Positions 41,015-51,146 of a stretch of DNA of 64,000 bases are shown piece by piece. The notes under the pieces are model-generated. The model had not been told where the DNA came from. It saw only the letters and a program-made list of their open reading frames with translations, and did not search any database. Both the position numbers and the translations under genes were made by a program. The stretch's first letter is position 1. Every line of letters begins with the position of its first letter. This DNA is from an uncultured delta proteobacterium (GTDB lineage: Bacteria; Desulfobacterota; Binatia; JACPRU01): assembly GCA_963745025.1 (NCBI GenBank), contig CAVUWD010000019.1, forward strand, positions 224,001 to 288,000, written 5' to 3'.

Positions 41015-41087
41015 GCTTTCTTCGCGTAGACGCTTCGTGTCGCTCCAACCGCTGCGAAGCGAAAAACGCGTGAAACGCCCCCTCCGT

Positions 41088-41684
41088 TCATCCCTGCTGG
41101 ACGCCCTCGACGTCGATCTCGATCGTCACGTCGTCGCCGACGAGCAGGCCGCCGCTTTCCAGAGCCTTGTTCCAGGTGAGGCCGAAGTCCTTGCGGTTGA
41201 TCGTGGTCGTGCCGTGGAATCCGGCGCGCTCGTGGCCTCCCGGGTCCTTGCCTTTGCCGAGGAAGCTCGCGTCGAGGACGACGGGCCGCGACACGCCGTG
41301 GAGCGTCAGAGTGCCTTGCATCTTGCCCTTCTTGCCGGTCGAGTCGAGGTCGGTCACGCCCGTGCTCTCAAACGTGACCTTGGGAAACTTGGCCACGTCG
41401 AAGAAGTCGGCCGAGCGCAGGTGGTCGTCGCGCTTCTTGACGTTGGTGTTGATGGTCGCGGCGTCGATCGAGCCCTCGACGCGGGTTTTCGCCGGCTCCT
41501 TCTCGTCGAAGGTGATCTTGCCGTCGAAATTCTCGAAGCGGCCGGCCACCGTGGTGAAGAGGTGCCGGATGCGAAACACCACCGACGTGTGGGCGGGATC
41601 GACGTCGTAGACCTCCGCGAGCGACGTCGATGCCCAAAGCAAGGTAACCGCCACTGCAAACCACGGCTTGGTTCGATCCATCAT
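41088..41684 (-). CDS. YceI-family lipid/polyisoprenoid-binding protein
   Basis: Signal peptide, YDVDPAHTSVVF.IRH, RDDHLRSADFFDV.KFP, INRKDFGL; GGAGG RBS. Confidence 0.93.
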   Translation of the reverse strand: MMDRTKPWFAVAVTLLWASTSLAEVYDVDPAHTSVVFRIRHLFTTVAGRFENFDGKITFDEKEPAKTRVEGSIDAATINTNVKKRDDHLRSADFFDVAKFPKVTFESTGVTDLDSTGKKGKMQGTLTLHGVSRPVVLDASFLGKGKDPGGHERAGFHGTTTINRKDFGLTWNKALESGGLLVGDDVTIEIDVEGVQQG

Positions 41685-41744
41685 CGATCCTCCCTTCTCA
41701 CTCAGGGAGGCACAGCCAAGCACAGAGACGACGACAACGAAAGT

Positions 41745-41774
41745 AGTTGCTCCTTCAGCAGTTGCTCCTTCAGC
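41745..41774. repeat. Perfect 15-bp tandem duplication AGTTGCTCCTTCAGC x2
   Basis: Directly visible in the divergent intergenic region. Confidence 0.9.
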
Positions 41775-41872
41775 GCTCGATTGCGTGCCGCCGTCACCGC
41801 AAGCGCCTTGCGAGTCGACGGCGGACGGGCAATGAAGGCACTAGAGCTCGCTCGAAGGCGGAGGGCCCTCAC

Positions 41873-42301
41873 GTGAGAAATGCGAACACGAGAATTGTCC
41901 GCGGGGCATCCGCGCTGGCGGGGCTAGCTCGGCAGAATGGTCGGGGGCGGCAAGTCGCGACCAACGGGAGCGACCTGTGGCTCACGCTCCTGGTGCTTGC
42001 CTGCCTCGTCTGCGTCTCGTCCGCGAGGGCGCACGGGAGCCAGAGGCACGTGCTCGGCACGGTCAGCGAGCTCGACGCGACCCATCTCGTCGTCAAGACG
42101 AATGACGGAAAGACCGAGTCGATCCTGCGCAACTCGGCCACGAAATACCTTCACGGCGAGAGCGCCGCGACGGCCGACGATCTGAAAGTCGGCGACCGCG
42201 TGGTCGTGCACGCGAGCCCGTCCGGGAATCTGCCGACGGCCACGACCATTCGCTTCTCGACACCGAAGGGCCAGGGCGCGCCGAGCTCGCCGGCTCCCTG
42301 A
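41873..42301 (+). CDS. Small exported OB-fold protein (DUF5666/CusF-like); start uncertain
   Basis: Signal-like LLVLACLVCVSSARA, then HGSQRHVLGTV...DLKVGDRVVV. Confidence 0.6.
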   Translation: MRNANTRIVRGASALAGLARQNGRGRQVATNGSDLWLTLLVLACLVCVSSARAHGSQRHVLGTVSELDATHLVVKTNDGKTESILRNSATKYLHGESAATADDLKVGDRVVVHASPSGNLPTATTIRFSTPKGQGAPSSPAP

Positions 42302-42305
42302 GAGC

Positions 42306-43028
42306 TCAGACGGATCGGGCCAGCTCAGCGACGAAGGGCGTCGCCGGTCGCTCGCGCAGGTCTCTCAGCGTGCCCCGCTGAATCAGGCGACCGGCCTCGA
42401 TGACGGCGATGTCCTGGCCAAGGGCCGCGGCGTCGGCTGGATCGTGGGTGACGACGATGGCCGGGAGCTTGAGCATGGCCAGGCGCGAGGGAAGAAACTC
42501 GCGGAGTTGGCGACGAACGGAGGCATCGAGCGCCGCCAGCGGCTCATCGAGGAGGAGCGCCCGCGGCTCGGAGGCGAGCGCACGCGCGAGCGCCACCCGC
42601 TGTCCCTCGCCGCCGGAAAGCGAGCGGGGCAGCCGATCGGCGAGATGCCCCACGTCCAGCGCTTCGAGCAGCGCCAGCGCGCGCTCGCGTCGCTCTGCGC
42701 GCCGCAGTCGATGGCGACACTCGAGGCCGAAGGCGACGTTGCCGATCGCGGTCATGTGCGGGAAGAGGCCGTAATCCTGGGGTACGTAGCCCAGGCCGCG
42801 CTCCTCGGGCGCCAGATCGATGCGACGCTCGGCGTCGAACAGCACCTCGCCATCGAGCTCGACGCGCCCGCGCAGCGGCCGCAGAGCGCCGAGCACCATG
42901 AGGAGAACGCTCGTCTTGCCCGCGCCGTTCGGACCTACCAGCACGAGCGGGCGGTCGCCCGTCTCGAGGTGAACCGCGAGATCGAGCGAACCGATCCGCC
43001 CTTCGAGATCGAAGCCGAGGCGATTCAC
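42306..43028 (-). CDS. modC: Molybdate ABC transporter ATPase
   Basis: GPNGAGKT, GYVPQDYGLFPHMT, LSGGEGQRVALARAL, LLDEP; no TOBE tail. Confidence 0.85.
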   Translation of the reverse strand: MNRLGFDLEGRIGSLDLAVHLETGDRPLVLVGPNGAGKTSVLLMVLGALRPLRGRVELDGEVLFDAERRIDLAPEERGLGYVPQDYGLFPHMTAIGNVAFGLECRHRLRRAERRERALALLEALDVGHLADRLPRSLSGGEGQRVALARALASEPRALLLDEPLAALDASVRRQLREFLPSRLAMLKLPAIVVTHDPADAAALGQDIAVIEAGRLIQRGTLRDLRERPATPFVAELARSV

Positions 43029-43900
43029 CGCCGCCGGTCCTCCGTGCGGCTCGACGCGAGCGGCCGGAAGCCGAAGGCCGCTCCGGCCGAAGCCGCCGCA
43101 CCGCGGCGGAGCACGAGCAACAAGCCGAAGGCGATGACGACGAGAACGATCGAGATCGCCTGCGCCGCGCGCAGATCGGACTCGAGTGCGGTGTAGACGG
43201 CCAGCGGGAGCGTCTGGGTGCGGCCGGTCAGATTGCCCGCGAACATCAACGTCGCCCCGAATTCGCCGAGCGATCGCGCCCAGCTCATCGCGGCGCCGGA
43301 AATCAGGCTCGGCGCCGCGCCCGGCAGCGCGACGCGAACGAAGGCCCGTAGCGGCGAGGCGCCGAGGCTGCGCGCGACGATCCACAGATTCGGGTCGAGG
43401 CGCCGGAACGCAGCGGTGGCCGCGAGCACGAAGAACGGCGCCGACACGAAGACCTCGGCGAGCACGACGGCGATCGTGGTGAAGGGAACGGCGATGCCGA
43501 AGCGCGCGAGCGAGGCGCCGAGCAGGCCCTTGCGGCCGAACGCCAGGAGCAGCGCCAGGCCGCCGACCGCCGGCGGGATGACGACGGGAAGCTGAACCGC
43601 GGTCTCGATCCACTGGCTGACGGTGCCCTCGCGCCGCACCAGCAGCCAGGCGAGCGCCGTGCCGGGAAGCACCACGAGCACGAGGCTCACGCTCGTCGTC
43701 AGCAGGCTCAGACGCAGCGCCGGCAGTACGAGCGGATGGCGAAGCCCGGCGACGAGGTCTGCGATGCCCGTGGTGACCACGAGCGCAACGATCGGCAGCA
43801 GCAGAAAGCCGAGCAATGCGAGCGCGGCGATGACGGAGAGCGCATGACCCAGAGCGCCCCTGCGCGAACCCGACCCGAGCCACCCCCCGCGCGCGCTCAC
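43025..43900 (-). CDS. modB: Molybdate ABC transporter permease
   Basis: LPVVIPPAVGGLALL, ARSLGAS, ARSLGEFGATLMFAGN, TQTLPLAVY. Confidence 0.92.
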   Translation of the reverse strand: MSARGGWLGSGSRRGALGHALSVIAALALLGFLLLPIVALVVTTGIADLVAGLRHPLVLPALRLSLLTTSVSLVLVVLPGTALAWLLVRREGTVSQWIETAVQLPVVIPPAVGGLALLLAFGRKGLLGASLARFGIAVPFTTIAVVLAEVFVSAPFFVLAATAAFRRLDPNLWIVARSLGASPLRAFVRVALPGAAPSLISGAAMSWARSLGEFGATLMFAGNLTGRTQTLPLAVYTALESDLRAAQAISIVLVVIAFGLLLVLRRGAAASAGAAFGFRPLASSRTEDRRR

Positions 43901-44697
43901 CTGGAGTCGCCGCGAGATACCGACTCGCCACCGGCGAGGAAGCCCGCCGCGGCAAGGGCGGCTTGACCCTCGGGACCCGACACCGCCTCGACCCATGCGT
44001 CGGCGAGCGTACGGTCGGGAGCGGCTTTGAGCACCGCAATCGAATACTCGGCGATGACGTTCACTCCGGGAGGAATTTCGACGACGACGACGTTCCCCCC
44101 GACGCTGGTCACGTCCGTGCGGTAGACGATTCCGGCATCGGCTTCGCCGAGCCGGACCTTGGCGAGTACCTGCCGAACGTTCAGCTCGTTCGAAACCACG
44201 CGCTCCTCGACTCGCTTGCGAAAGTCTCGGCCGTATCGTTCGGATGCGCGCTCGAGAATCTCGCGCGAATAGCGGCCGATCGGTACCTCCGGGCCGCCGA
44301 GCACGATGCGAGCCGCGCGGGGCAGGTCTTCGAGAGAGCGGATCGGTGCGGGGGAATCGGGGGTGACGACGAGAACCGGCGCGTTGCGAGCGAAGAGCCG
44401 CGGTCGCTCGACGAGCCCGAGCTTCACGAGCTTCGCCATGTTCGCCGGGTCGGCCGATGCGAAGACGTCCGCAGCCGCTCCGTTGAGAATCTGCGCGGCG
44501 AGCTCCTGGCTGCCCGCGAGATTGACGACGACGTGCACGCCGGGATGGCGCGTCTCGAAGCGTTCGGCGATCGTGCCGAAGGCTTCGCGAAGCGAGGCGG
44601 CGGCGAACACGACCATTGTACGCTCGCCCGCCTCGGCGGCACCGGCGTGAACGACCGACGCCAGCAACGCGACGACGACGGCGACCCGGCCCTTCAT
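43897..44697 (-). CDS. modA: Molybdate ABC transporter substrate-binding protein
   Basis: Signal peptide, VFAAASL, AGSQ.L..QI..GA.ADVFASA, VPIGRY, NVRQVL, GEADAGIVY.TD. Confidence 0.92.
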   Translation of the reverse strand: MKGRVAVVVALLASVVHAGAAEAGERTMVVFAAASLREAFGTIAERFETRHPGVHVVVNLAGSQELAAQILNGAAADVFASADPANMAKLVKLGLVERPRLFARNAPVLVVTPDSPAPIRSLEDLPRAARIVLGGPEVPIGRYSREILERASERYGRDFRKRVEERVVSNELNVRQVLAKVRLGEADAGIVYRTDVTSVGGNVVVVEIPPGVNVIAEYSIAVLKAAPDRTLADAWVEAVSGPEGQAALAAAGFLAGGESVSRGDSR

Positions 44698-44752
44698 GAC
44701 TCTTCTTTCGCGCGTTTGCGGGCCAAAGATCAACGTGCCATCACTCCGCTGG

Positions 44753-45808
44753 ATGAAGCGTCCGCTGCAGAACGATCGGTTTCTGCGCGCCTGCCGGCGC
44801 GAGGCGGTCGATGCCACCCCGGTTTGGTTCATGCGCCAGGCCGGCCGCTACATGGCGGAATACCGCGCGGTACGGGCGCACCACTCGCTGCTCGAAATCT
44901 GCAAACGGCCCGAGCTCGCGGCGGAGGTCACGCTGCAGCCCGTCGAGCGGCTCCGCGTCGATGCCGCGATCCTCTTCGCCGACATTCTGCTGATCCTCGA
45001 GCCGCTCGACGTCGGGCTGGAATTCGTGGCTGGGGATGGGCCGAGTCTCCGCCGGCCGGTGAGGAGCGCGAGCGACGTCGACCGGCTGCCCGGGTTCGAC
45101 GTCGAGACCGAGCTCGGCTTCGTCGCGGAGTCGGTTCGCACGATCGTCGGGCGACTCGACGGTCGTGTTCCGCTCATCGGCTTCGCTGGCGGGCCCTTCA
45201 CGGTCGCGAGCTACCTCGTCGAAGGGGGGCACTCGCGGAGCTTCGTCGCCACCAAGCGGTTGATGTACGGCGAGCCCGAGGTGTGGCACCGGCTGATGTC
45301 GCGTCTGGCTTCGCTCACCGCCGCCTACCTGCACATGCAGATCGAGGCGGGGGCCGACGCGGTGCAGCTCTTCGACAGCTGGGCCGGCGCGCTCGCGCCG
45401 GAGGATTACCGCCGCTTCGTGCTGCCGCATTCCCGAGCGGTGCTCGAGCCGCTCGCGGCGTCAGGCGTGCCCGTCATCCACTTCGGGACGCAGACCGCGG
45501 GGCTCCTCGCCGACATGCGGCGCGCCGGCGGCAGCGTCATCGGCGTCGATTGGCGGATCGAGCTCGCCGACGCCTGGGACCGGCTCGGTCCCGACGTCGC
45601 CGTGCAGGGAAACCTCGACCCGGTGGCGCTGCTCGCCCCTTGGCCCGTCACCGCGGAAGCGGCGCGAGGCATTGTCGCGAGCGTCGCCGGACGCGCCGGG
45701 CACGTGTTCAACCTCGGCCATGGCATCCTTCCGGAGACCCCCGTGGAGGCCGCGACGGACCTCGTGCAGCTCGTGCACGAGGAAAGCGCGAGACTTCTTG
45801 CCGGATAG
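44753..45808 (+). CDS. hemE: Uroporphyrinogen decarboxylase
   Basis: PVWFMRQAGRY, LIGFAGGPFTVASY, QLFDSWAG, QGNLDP, FNLGHGI. Confidence 0.97.
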   Translation: MKRPLQNDRFLRACRREAVDATPVWFMRQAGRYMAEYRAVRAHHSLLEICKRPELAAEVTLQPVERLRVDAAILFADILLILEPLDVGLEFVAGDGPSLRRPVRSASDVDRLPGFDVETELGFVAESVRTIVGRLDGRVPLIGFAGGPFTVASYLVEGGHSRSFVATKRLMYGEPEVWHRLMSRLASLTAAYLHMQIEAGADAVQLFDSWAGALAPEDYRRFVLPHSRAVLEPLAASGVPVIHFGTQTAGLLADMRRAGGSVIGVDWRIELADAWDRLGPDVAVQGNLDPVALLAPWPVTAEAARGIVASVAGRAGHVFNLGHGILPETPVEAATDLVQLVHEESARLLAG

Positions 45809-46003
45809 CCCGTAGAGGCCAAGTTCGGGTTTGCTCTGACAGGTAGAACGGAGTCGCGCACGGCCGCGAGGCGGATGAGCGGCGGCCCAGGATGCGCGAT
45901 CGAGGCAGCGCACGACTGCCGTCCGCTCGATCCGCGTTCGCGTCGGGCACGACTCGGGTGACGGAACCGAACGATTGACTGCCGCGCGGCCTCGGGTCAT
46001 GCA

Positions 46004-46339
46004 TTGGGTGTGGGGCTGACGTCGGGGTCGCTGCCGCGGTTCCTCTTCACCGGGAGAGCGCTGCAAGTCGTTGCGCACCTGCCCGACTTCGTCCGACTCT
46101 ACTGGCGCCTGTTCCGCGACTCGCGCGTCTCCGTCCTCGCCAAGGCCGTTCTCGTGCTGAGCTTGACCTACGTCGTCTGGCCGCTCGACTTCATTGCGGA
46201 CGTCGTGCCGGTGGTGGGCGAGTTGGACGATCTCGGCGTCGTGTTGGGCGGCCTGTGGCTCTTCATCCGCCTCTGTCCAGCGGACGTCGTCCGAGAGCGT
46301 GTTCGCGAGATTTCGACGAGGGCAAGGCCAGGTGGGTAG
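46004..46339 (+). CDS. YkvA/DUF1232 family membrane protein
   Basis: D.RV...AK, YVVWPLDFIADVVPVVGELDD; start uncertain. Confidence 0.85.
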   Translation: MGVGLTSGSLPRFLFTGRALQVVAHLPDFVRLYWRLFRDSRVSVLAKAVLVLSLTYVVWPLDFIADVVPVVGELDDLGVVLGGLWLFIRLCPADVVRERVREISTRARPGG

Positions 46340-49061
46340 ACGAATCGCCGTGGCGGTTGCGGTACTCGTGGTGCTCGGCCTGCTGCTCCTCGGCGCCGGC
46401 AGCGAGATCTTCGTCGATGCGCTGTGGTTTGCCCATCTCGGCGATCTGGTCGTGTTCCGCACGGTTCTCGGAGCCAAGATCGCGTGCTTCGCAGTCGCCG
46501 CGGCGATCGTGTTCGCGGTTGTGGCGGCGGTGGGGTTGTACGTCGTCGCCCACGTGCGCGACCGCGGCGTGGTTCGTGTCGTGCTGCGGCGGGGCAACGG
46601 CGCCGAGACCCTGCCGGAGCTGATCGCCCCATTCAGCGACCGGATTCCGTGGCGTGCGCTCGTGCTCGCCGTCTCGGCGCTGATCGCCTTCCTCTTCGGG
46701 CTCGGGCAGTCGGGCAACTGGGAGACCTACCTCCTGTGGCTCTACGGCGGACGCTTCGGCTCGGTCGAGCCCTTCTTCGGTCGCGATGTCGGCTTCTACG
46801 TGTTCGCGCTGCCCGCGTACCGCGCCATCGTCAACGCGCTGCTCGGTACGATCGTCTTGGCGGCCCTCGTCGGTGCGGCACTCTTCTGGCTTCAGGGGGC
46901 GATCGACTTTCGCCGACCCAGCGAGCCGCTGCCGCCGGCGGTGATGCGCTTCGTGTCGCTGGTGCTCGGTCTCTTTCTCGCGGTCAAGGGCTTCGACTAT
47001 TGGCTCGGGCGCTACGAGCTCTTGCTCGAGCCCTACGGCGCGGTGTTCGGACCGGGCTACACGGTGAGCCACGTGCGGTTGCCGCTCCAGTGGCTGCTCT
47101 GCGCGGCGGCGTTCGCCGGCGCGGCGCTCGCGCTCGCGAACTGGAGAGTGCGGGAATGGCGGCTGCCGGTCGGCGCCGTGGTTCTCGTGTTCGCCACCTC
47201 GCTGCTCTGCAGCGTGTTTCCCGATTTCTACCAGCGCTTGCGCGTGCGCCCGGACGAGCTCCGCCTCGAGCATCCCTATCTGCAGCACAACATCGATCTC
47301 ACGCGTCGCGCCTACGGTCTGGACAAGATTCAGACGCGAGCGTTCCCCGCCAAGACCCGGCTCGACCCGTCGGCGGTCGAGCGCAACCAAGCCACCTTCA
47401 AGAACATCCGTCTGTGGGATCCCGGGCCGCTGCTCGATACGTACCGCCAGCTCCAGGTCATCCGGCTCTACTACGACTTTCACGACACCGACGTCGACCG
47501 CTACGACCTTCCCGATGGCCGCCGACAGGTCATGCTCGCCGCGCGCGAGATCATGCCGTCGCTGCTGCCCGCCAACGCGCGGACCTGGGTGAACCAGCGC
47601 CTGCAGTTCACGCACGGCTTCGGCGCCGTGATGAGCCCCGTCACGGAGGTCGAGGGGGAGGGGCTGCCCGTTTTCTTCGTGAAGGACATTCCGCCGAACT
47701 CGCCGGTCGGTCTGCGGATCGACGAGCCGCGCATCTACTTCGGCGAGCGCACCGACGAGTACGTGCTCGTCGGCGGCGCCGCCGAGGAGTTCGACTATCC
47801 GAAGGGCGATGAGAACGTGGCCAACCGCTACGCCGGGCGCGGCGGCGTGCCACTCGGCTCCTTGCTTCGCCGTCTCGTTTTCGCGTGGAGCTTCCGAGAC
47901 CTGAACCTCTTGATCTCGGGTAACATTCGTCCCGAGAGCCGGATTCTCTTCCGCCGCTCGATTGGACAGATGCTGTCGCGGCTCGTGCCGTTCTTGAGGC
48001 TCGATCACGATCCCTACGTCGTCATCTCGCGCGGCCGGCTCTACTGGATCCAGGACGCGTACACGACGAGCGCGACGTTCCCGTACTCGGAACCCGTGCC
48101 GAATCTCGGCTTCAACTACATTCGCAACTCGGTGAAGGTGGTGATCGACGCATACGACGGCACGGTCGATTTCTACGCGGTCGACGAATCCGACCCGATC
48201 CTCGCCGCCTATGCCCGCATCTTCCCCGGCCTCTTCCACCCGTTCGCGGCCATGCCCGAGGACCTGCGCCGCCACGTTCGCTACCCGGAGGGCCTCTTTC
48301 TCATCCAGGCGGAGATGTATCGCACCTACCACATGACCAGCCCCGACGTGTTCTACAACAAGGAAGACTTGTGGAGCTTTCCGAGCGAGTCGGCGGCGGG
48401 CACGCGATCGGCCGTAGAGCCCTACTACATCATCATGAAGCTACCGGGCGGCGAGAACGAGGAGTTCCTGTTGATGCAGCCGATGACGCCCTCGAACCGC
48501 AACAACATGGTGGCCTGGCTGGCCGCGCGCTGCGACACGCCGAACTACGGCGAGCTGATCGAGTATGCATTTCCGAAGGAGCGCCTGATCTACGGGCCGC
48601 AGCAGATCGAGGCGCGCATCGATCAGGATACGGTGATCTCGCAGCAGCTCTCGCTCTGGAATCAGATGGGGTCGAAGGTGATCCGCGGGAACTTGCTGGT
48701 CATCCCGGTCGAGGATGCGATCGTCTACGCCGAGCCGCTCTATCTGCGATCGGAGCAAGGACAGATTCCGGAGATGAAGCGCGTCATCGTGGCCTACGGC
48801 GACCGGCTGGCGATGGAAACTTCGCTCGAGGCGGCGCTCGGCAAGGTGTTCGGGGGGGGCGCGCCGACACCGCCGCCGAGCGTGGAGACGCGTCAGCCGC
48901 CGGTCGAGGCCGCCGTGGAGTCGGTGAGAGACCACTACCGGGCGGCGCTCGACGGGCTGCGCGGTGGCGACTGGGCGACGTTCGCGCGCGAGATGGACGC
49001 GCTCGGCAAAGCGCTCGAAAGCGGGGCCGCGCGTCCTCCGCCGACGCCCACCGGCCACTAG
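46332..49061 (+). CDS. UPF0182 family membrane protein
   Basis: DVGFYVFALP, NIRLWD, DVDRY, FTHGFG, PRIYFGE, FNYIRNSVK, VIRGNLLVIP. Confidence 0.93.
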   Translation: MGRRIAVAVAVLVVLGLLLLGAGSEIFVDALWFAHLGDLVVFRTVLGAKIACFAVAAAIVFAVVAAVGLYVVAHVRDRGVVRVVLRRGNGAETLPELIAPFSDRIPWRALVLAVSALIAFLFGLGQSGNWETYLLWLYGGRFGSVEPFFGRDVGFYVFALPAYRAIVNALLGTIVLAALVGAALFWLQGAIDFRRPSEPLPPAVMRFVSLVLGLFLAVKGFDYWLGRYELLLEPYGAVFGPGYTVSHVRLPLQWLLCAAAFAGAALALANWRVREWRLPVGAVVLVFATSLLCSVFPDFYQRLRVRPDELRLEHPYLQHNIDLTRRAYGLDKIQTRAFPAKTRLDPSAVERNQATFKNIRLWDPGPLLDTYRQLQVIRLYYDFHDTDVDRYDLPDGRRQVMLAAREIMPSLLPANARTWVNQRLQFTHGFGAVMSPVTEVEGEGLPVFFVKDIPPNSPVGLRIDEPRIYFGERTDEYVLVGGAAEEFDYPKGDENVANRYAGRGGVPLGSLLRRLVFAWSFRDLNLLISGNIRPESRILFRRSIGQMLSRLVPFLRLDHDPYVVISRGRLYWIQDAYTTSATFPYSEPVPNLGFNYIRNSVKVVIDAYDGTVDFYAVDESDPILAAYARIFPGLFHPFAAMPEDLRRHVRYPEGLFLIQAEMYRTYHMTSPDVFYNKEDLWSFPSESAAGTRSAVEPYYIIMKLPGGENEEFLLMQPMTPSNRNNMVAWLAARCDTPNYGELIEYAFPKERLIYGPQQIEARIDQDTVISQQLSLWNQMGSKVIRGNLLVIPVEDAIVYAEPLYLRSEQGQIPEMKRVIVAYGDRLAMETSLEAALGKVFGGGAPTPPPSVETRQPPVEAAVESVRDHYRAALDGLRGGDWATFAREMDALGKALESGAARPPPTPTGH

Positions 49062-49125
49062 AGTCAGCCATGCGCGGCGTTCGTAGTGGACCCATCGAAA
49101 AGTACACGAAGCGGGGGGCTCGCGC

Positions 49126-49539
49126 ATGAGCCGTCCGGTCAACGACGAAGTCGTCCGCAGCTCGATCGTTCGCTCGCCCCTCGGCGGGTTGCTCGGCATG
49201 CAGGTCGAAACCATCGATGCCGATCACGTGCGCGTTCGGCTGCCGTTTCGCGCCGACGTCACCACCGGCGGCGGCATCGTCCACGGCGGGGCAATCTCGG
49301 CGCTCGTCGATGCCGCCGCCACGGGAGCGGCGTGGTCCGCCGCCGATCTCTCGGCGAACCCGCGCGGCACGACCATCGCTCTCGCCGTCAACTTCCTTGC
49401 CGCGGCGCGCGGTCAGGACATCGTGGCCGACGCGCGGGTGATCCAGCGGGGGCGTACGATCACGGTCTGCGAGGTTGCCGTGGAGGATGCAAACGGCCAG
49501 CGGGTCGCGAGCGCGCTCGTGACGTACAAGTTGGGCTAG
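49126..49539 (+). CDS. PaaI-family hotdog thioesterase
   Basis: GIVHGGAISALVD motif, 137 aa. Confidence 0.88.
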   Translation: MSRPVNDEVVRSSIVRSPLGGLLGMQVETIDADHVRVRLPFRADVTTGGGIVHGGAISALVDAAATGAAWSAADLSANPRGTTIALAVNFLAAARGQDIVADARVIQRGRTITVCEVAVEDANGQRVASALVTYKLG

Positions 49540-49568
49540 CCGTTTCGGGCGTTCGAAATTCCTGAAAT

Positions 49569-49737
49569 GCTGAATTTTCCGGTTGGCCCGCACTCGGGTC
49601 GACCGGAAAATCCAGCCAGCGCGCGCGAGGGCGGAAAACAATAGACGAATCCCGAGAGTTATTGCTCCCGCGCTCCGCGCGGTTGCGGTCGGTCGTGATC
49701 GACCCGAGTACAGGCCGACCACGACCGACCGCGCTCT
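49569..49737. mobile_element. Three-hairpin repeat element, copy C (core only defined)
   Basis: Same three arms as copies A, B and D with a few mismatches; lies between convergent genes; no clear flanking direct repeat. Confidence 0.8.
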
Positions 49738-49769
49738 TCGCGAAGCACGCGAACGCGAATACTTGCGGG

Positions 49770-51143
49770 TTACGTCCCGCGGAGCTCTGAAAACACTTCG
49801 CGGGCGTCGCGCTGATGCTCGAGCGAGAGCACGAGATGCTCGAGGCGGTCGGCCCGCTCGCTCGGCAGGGCGAGCCGAGCGTTCTTGCGAAATTTGACGG
49901 CGATCTCCTCGGAGCTCATCGGATTCTCAGGCCCGCCGCGCTGATTCGCAAGCTCGGCCTCGAGCACTCGACCGTCGCGGAGAACGATTCGAGCACCGCC
50001 CGGCAGCGCCTTGGGAAACGTCGGGAACGGTACGACCTCGTAGCGGACCTTGCGAGCGAGCTCGAGCACCCGCTCGTCGCCCATGGCCTCTTCCCGGTAC
50101 GAATCGAGGTCGACGGCTCCGTGGACGAGCATCGCCGCCGCGCTGAAGGGCAGGCTGAACTTGGCGTCGTAGGGGGTGCGCGGGCGCGCCTTGGCGTCCG
50201 CTGGCTCGAGAACCAGCGATACGGCAGGCTCCGGGACACGCAAGACGACGTCCGCGATCTCGTCGGCGGAGACACCTCGCGCGCCGACCGCCCGCGCCAC
50301 GGCATCGATCGGCGCGTGAATGTAGTGGCAGGCGGGGTAGGGCTTGAAGGCGATGCGCGGCGTCTCCCAGCGTCGGCCGAGATCTGCGAGGGCGGGCTCG
50401 AGATCGATCCGATGGACGTCGGCGAAGGCCGCAAAGAGTCCGAAGCGTCCCTCGAAGACCGACGCCGGCCCCGTCGCCCCGTGTGCCGCCAGGCTCGCGG
50501 CGACGAGTCCTGACTGTGCCGCCGCGCCGGCGTGCACCGGCTTGGTCTCGGAGCCGTCGGCGAGATACTCGAAGATGCCGCAGGCGAGGCTTCCGGCGAT
50601 GCCGAGTGCCTGAGCGATCGCCGGACGGTCGAGCCCGCGAAGCCGTGCAGCCGCCGCGGTGGCGCCGAAGACACCGCAAACGGAGGTCGGGTGGAACCCG
50701 CGGCGATGGAAGACTGCCGGGGCCGCCATGCCGATCCGGGTGATGATCTCGTTTCCGGCGACGAGGGCAACGAGAAGATCGGCTCCGCTCGCACCCCTTG
50801 CCTCGGCGGCTGCGATCGCCGCGGGTGCCATCACCGCGCTCACGTGACACACGGCATCGGTGTGCGTGTCGTCGAAGTCGAGCCCGTGACACAGCATGCC
50901 GTTGGCGAAAGCCGCGTGCGCCGCCGGCCATCGCTCCGCGACGCCGATGACCGAGGCTTCGGCCCGCCCGCCGCTCTCGCGCATCGCCTCGCGCCCGGCG
51001 GTGGCGATTCCGAGCGCGTGCGCGGCGAGGCCGCAGCCGAGCGCATCGAGGAGATGGAGCTTGGCCGCCGCGACGACTTCGGGCGGGATCGCTTGCAGCG
51101 AGAGCGACCGGGTCCAGGCGGCGAAGCGTTCGGCGGCGGTCAT
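49770..51143 (-). CDS. MmgE/PrpD family protein
   Basis: LLDALGC, NG..CHGLDFDDTH, GFHPT, K..HAG, KPYPACHYIH, AKFSLPF, RGGPENP. Confidence 0.92.
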   Translation of the reverse strand: MTAAERFAAWTRSLSLQAIPPEVVAAAKLHLLDALGCGLAAHALGIATAGREAMRESGGRAEASVIGVAERWPAAHAAFANGMLCHGLDFDDTHTDAVCHVSAVMAPAAIAAAEARGASGADLLVALVAGNEIITRIGMAAPAVFHRRGFHPTSVCGVFGATAAAARLRGLDRPAIAQALGIAGSLACGIFEYLADGSETKPVHAGAAAQSGLVAASLAAHGATGPASVFEGRFGLFAAFADVHRIDLEPALADLGRRWETPRIAFKPYPACHYIHAPIDAVARAVGARGVSADEIADVVLRVPEPAVSLVLEPADAKARPRTPYDAKFSLPFSAAAMLVHGAVDLDSYREEAMGDERVLELARKVRYEVVPFPTFPKALPGGARIVLRDGRVLEAELANQRGGPENPMSSEEIAVKFRKNARLALPSERADRLEHLVLSLEHQRDAREVFSELRGT

Positions 51144-51146
51144 GAG

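Noticed and set aside
44698-44752. Moco riboswitch or ModE box upstream of modA
   Set aside because: The spacer is only 55 bp and no matching motif is visible.
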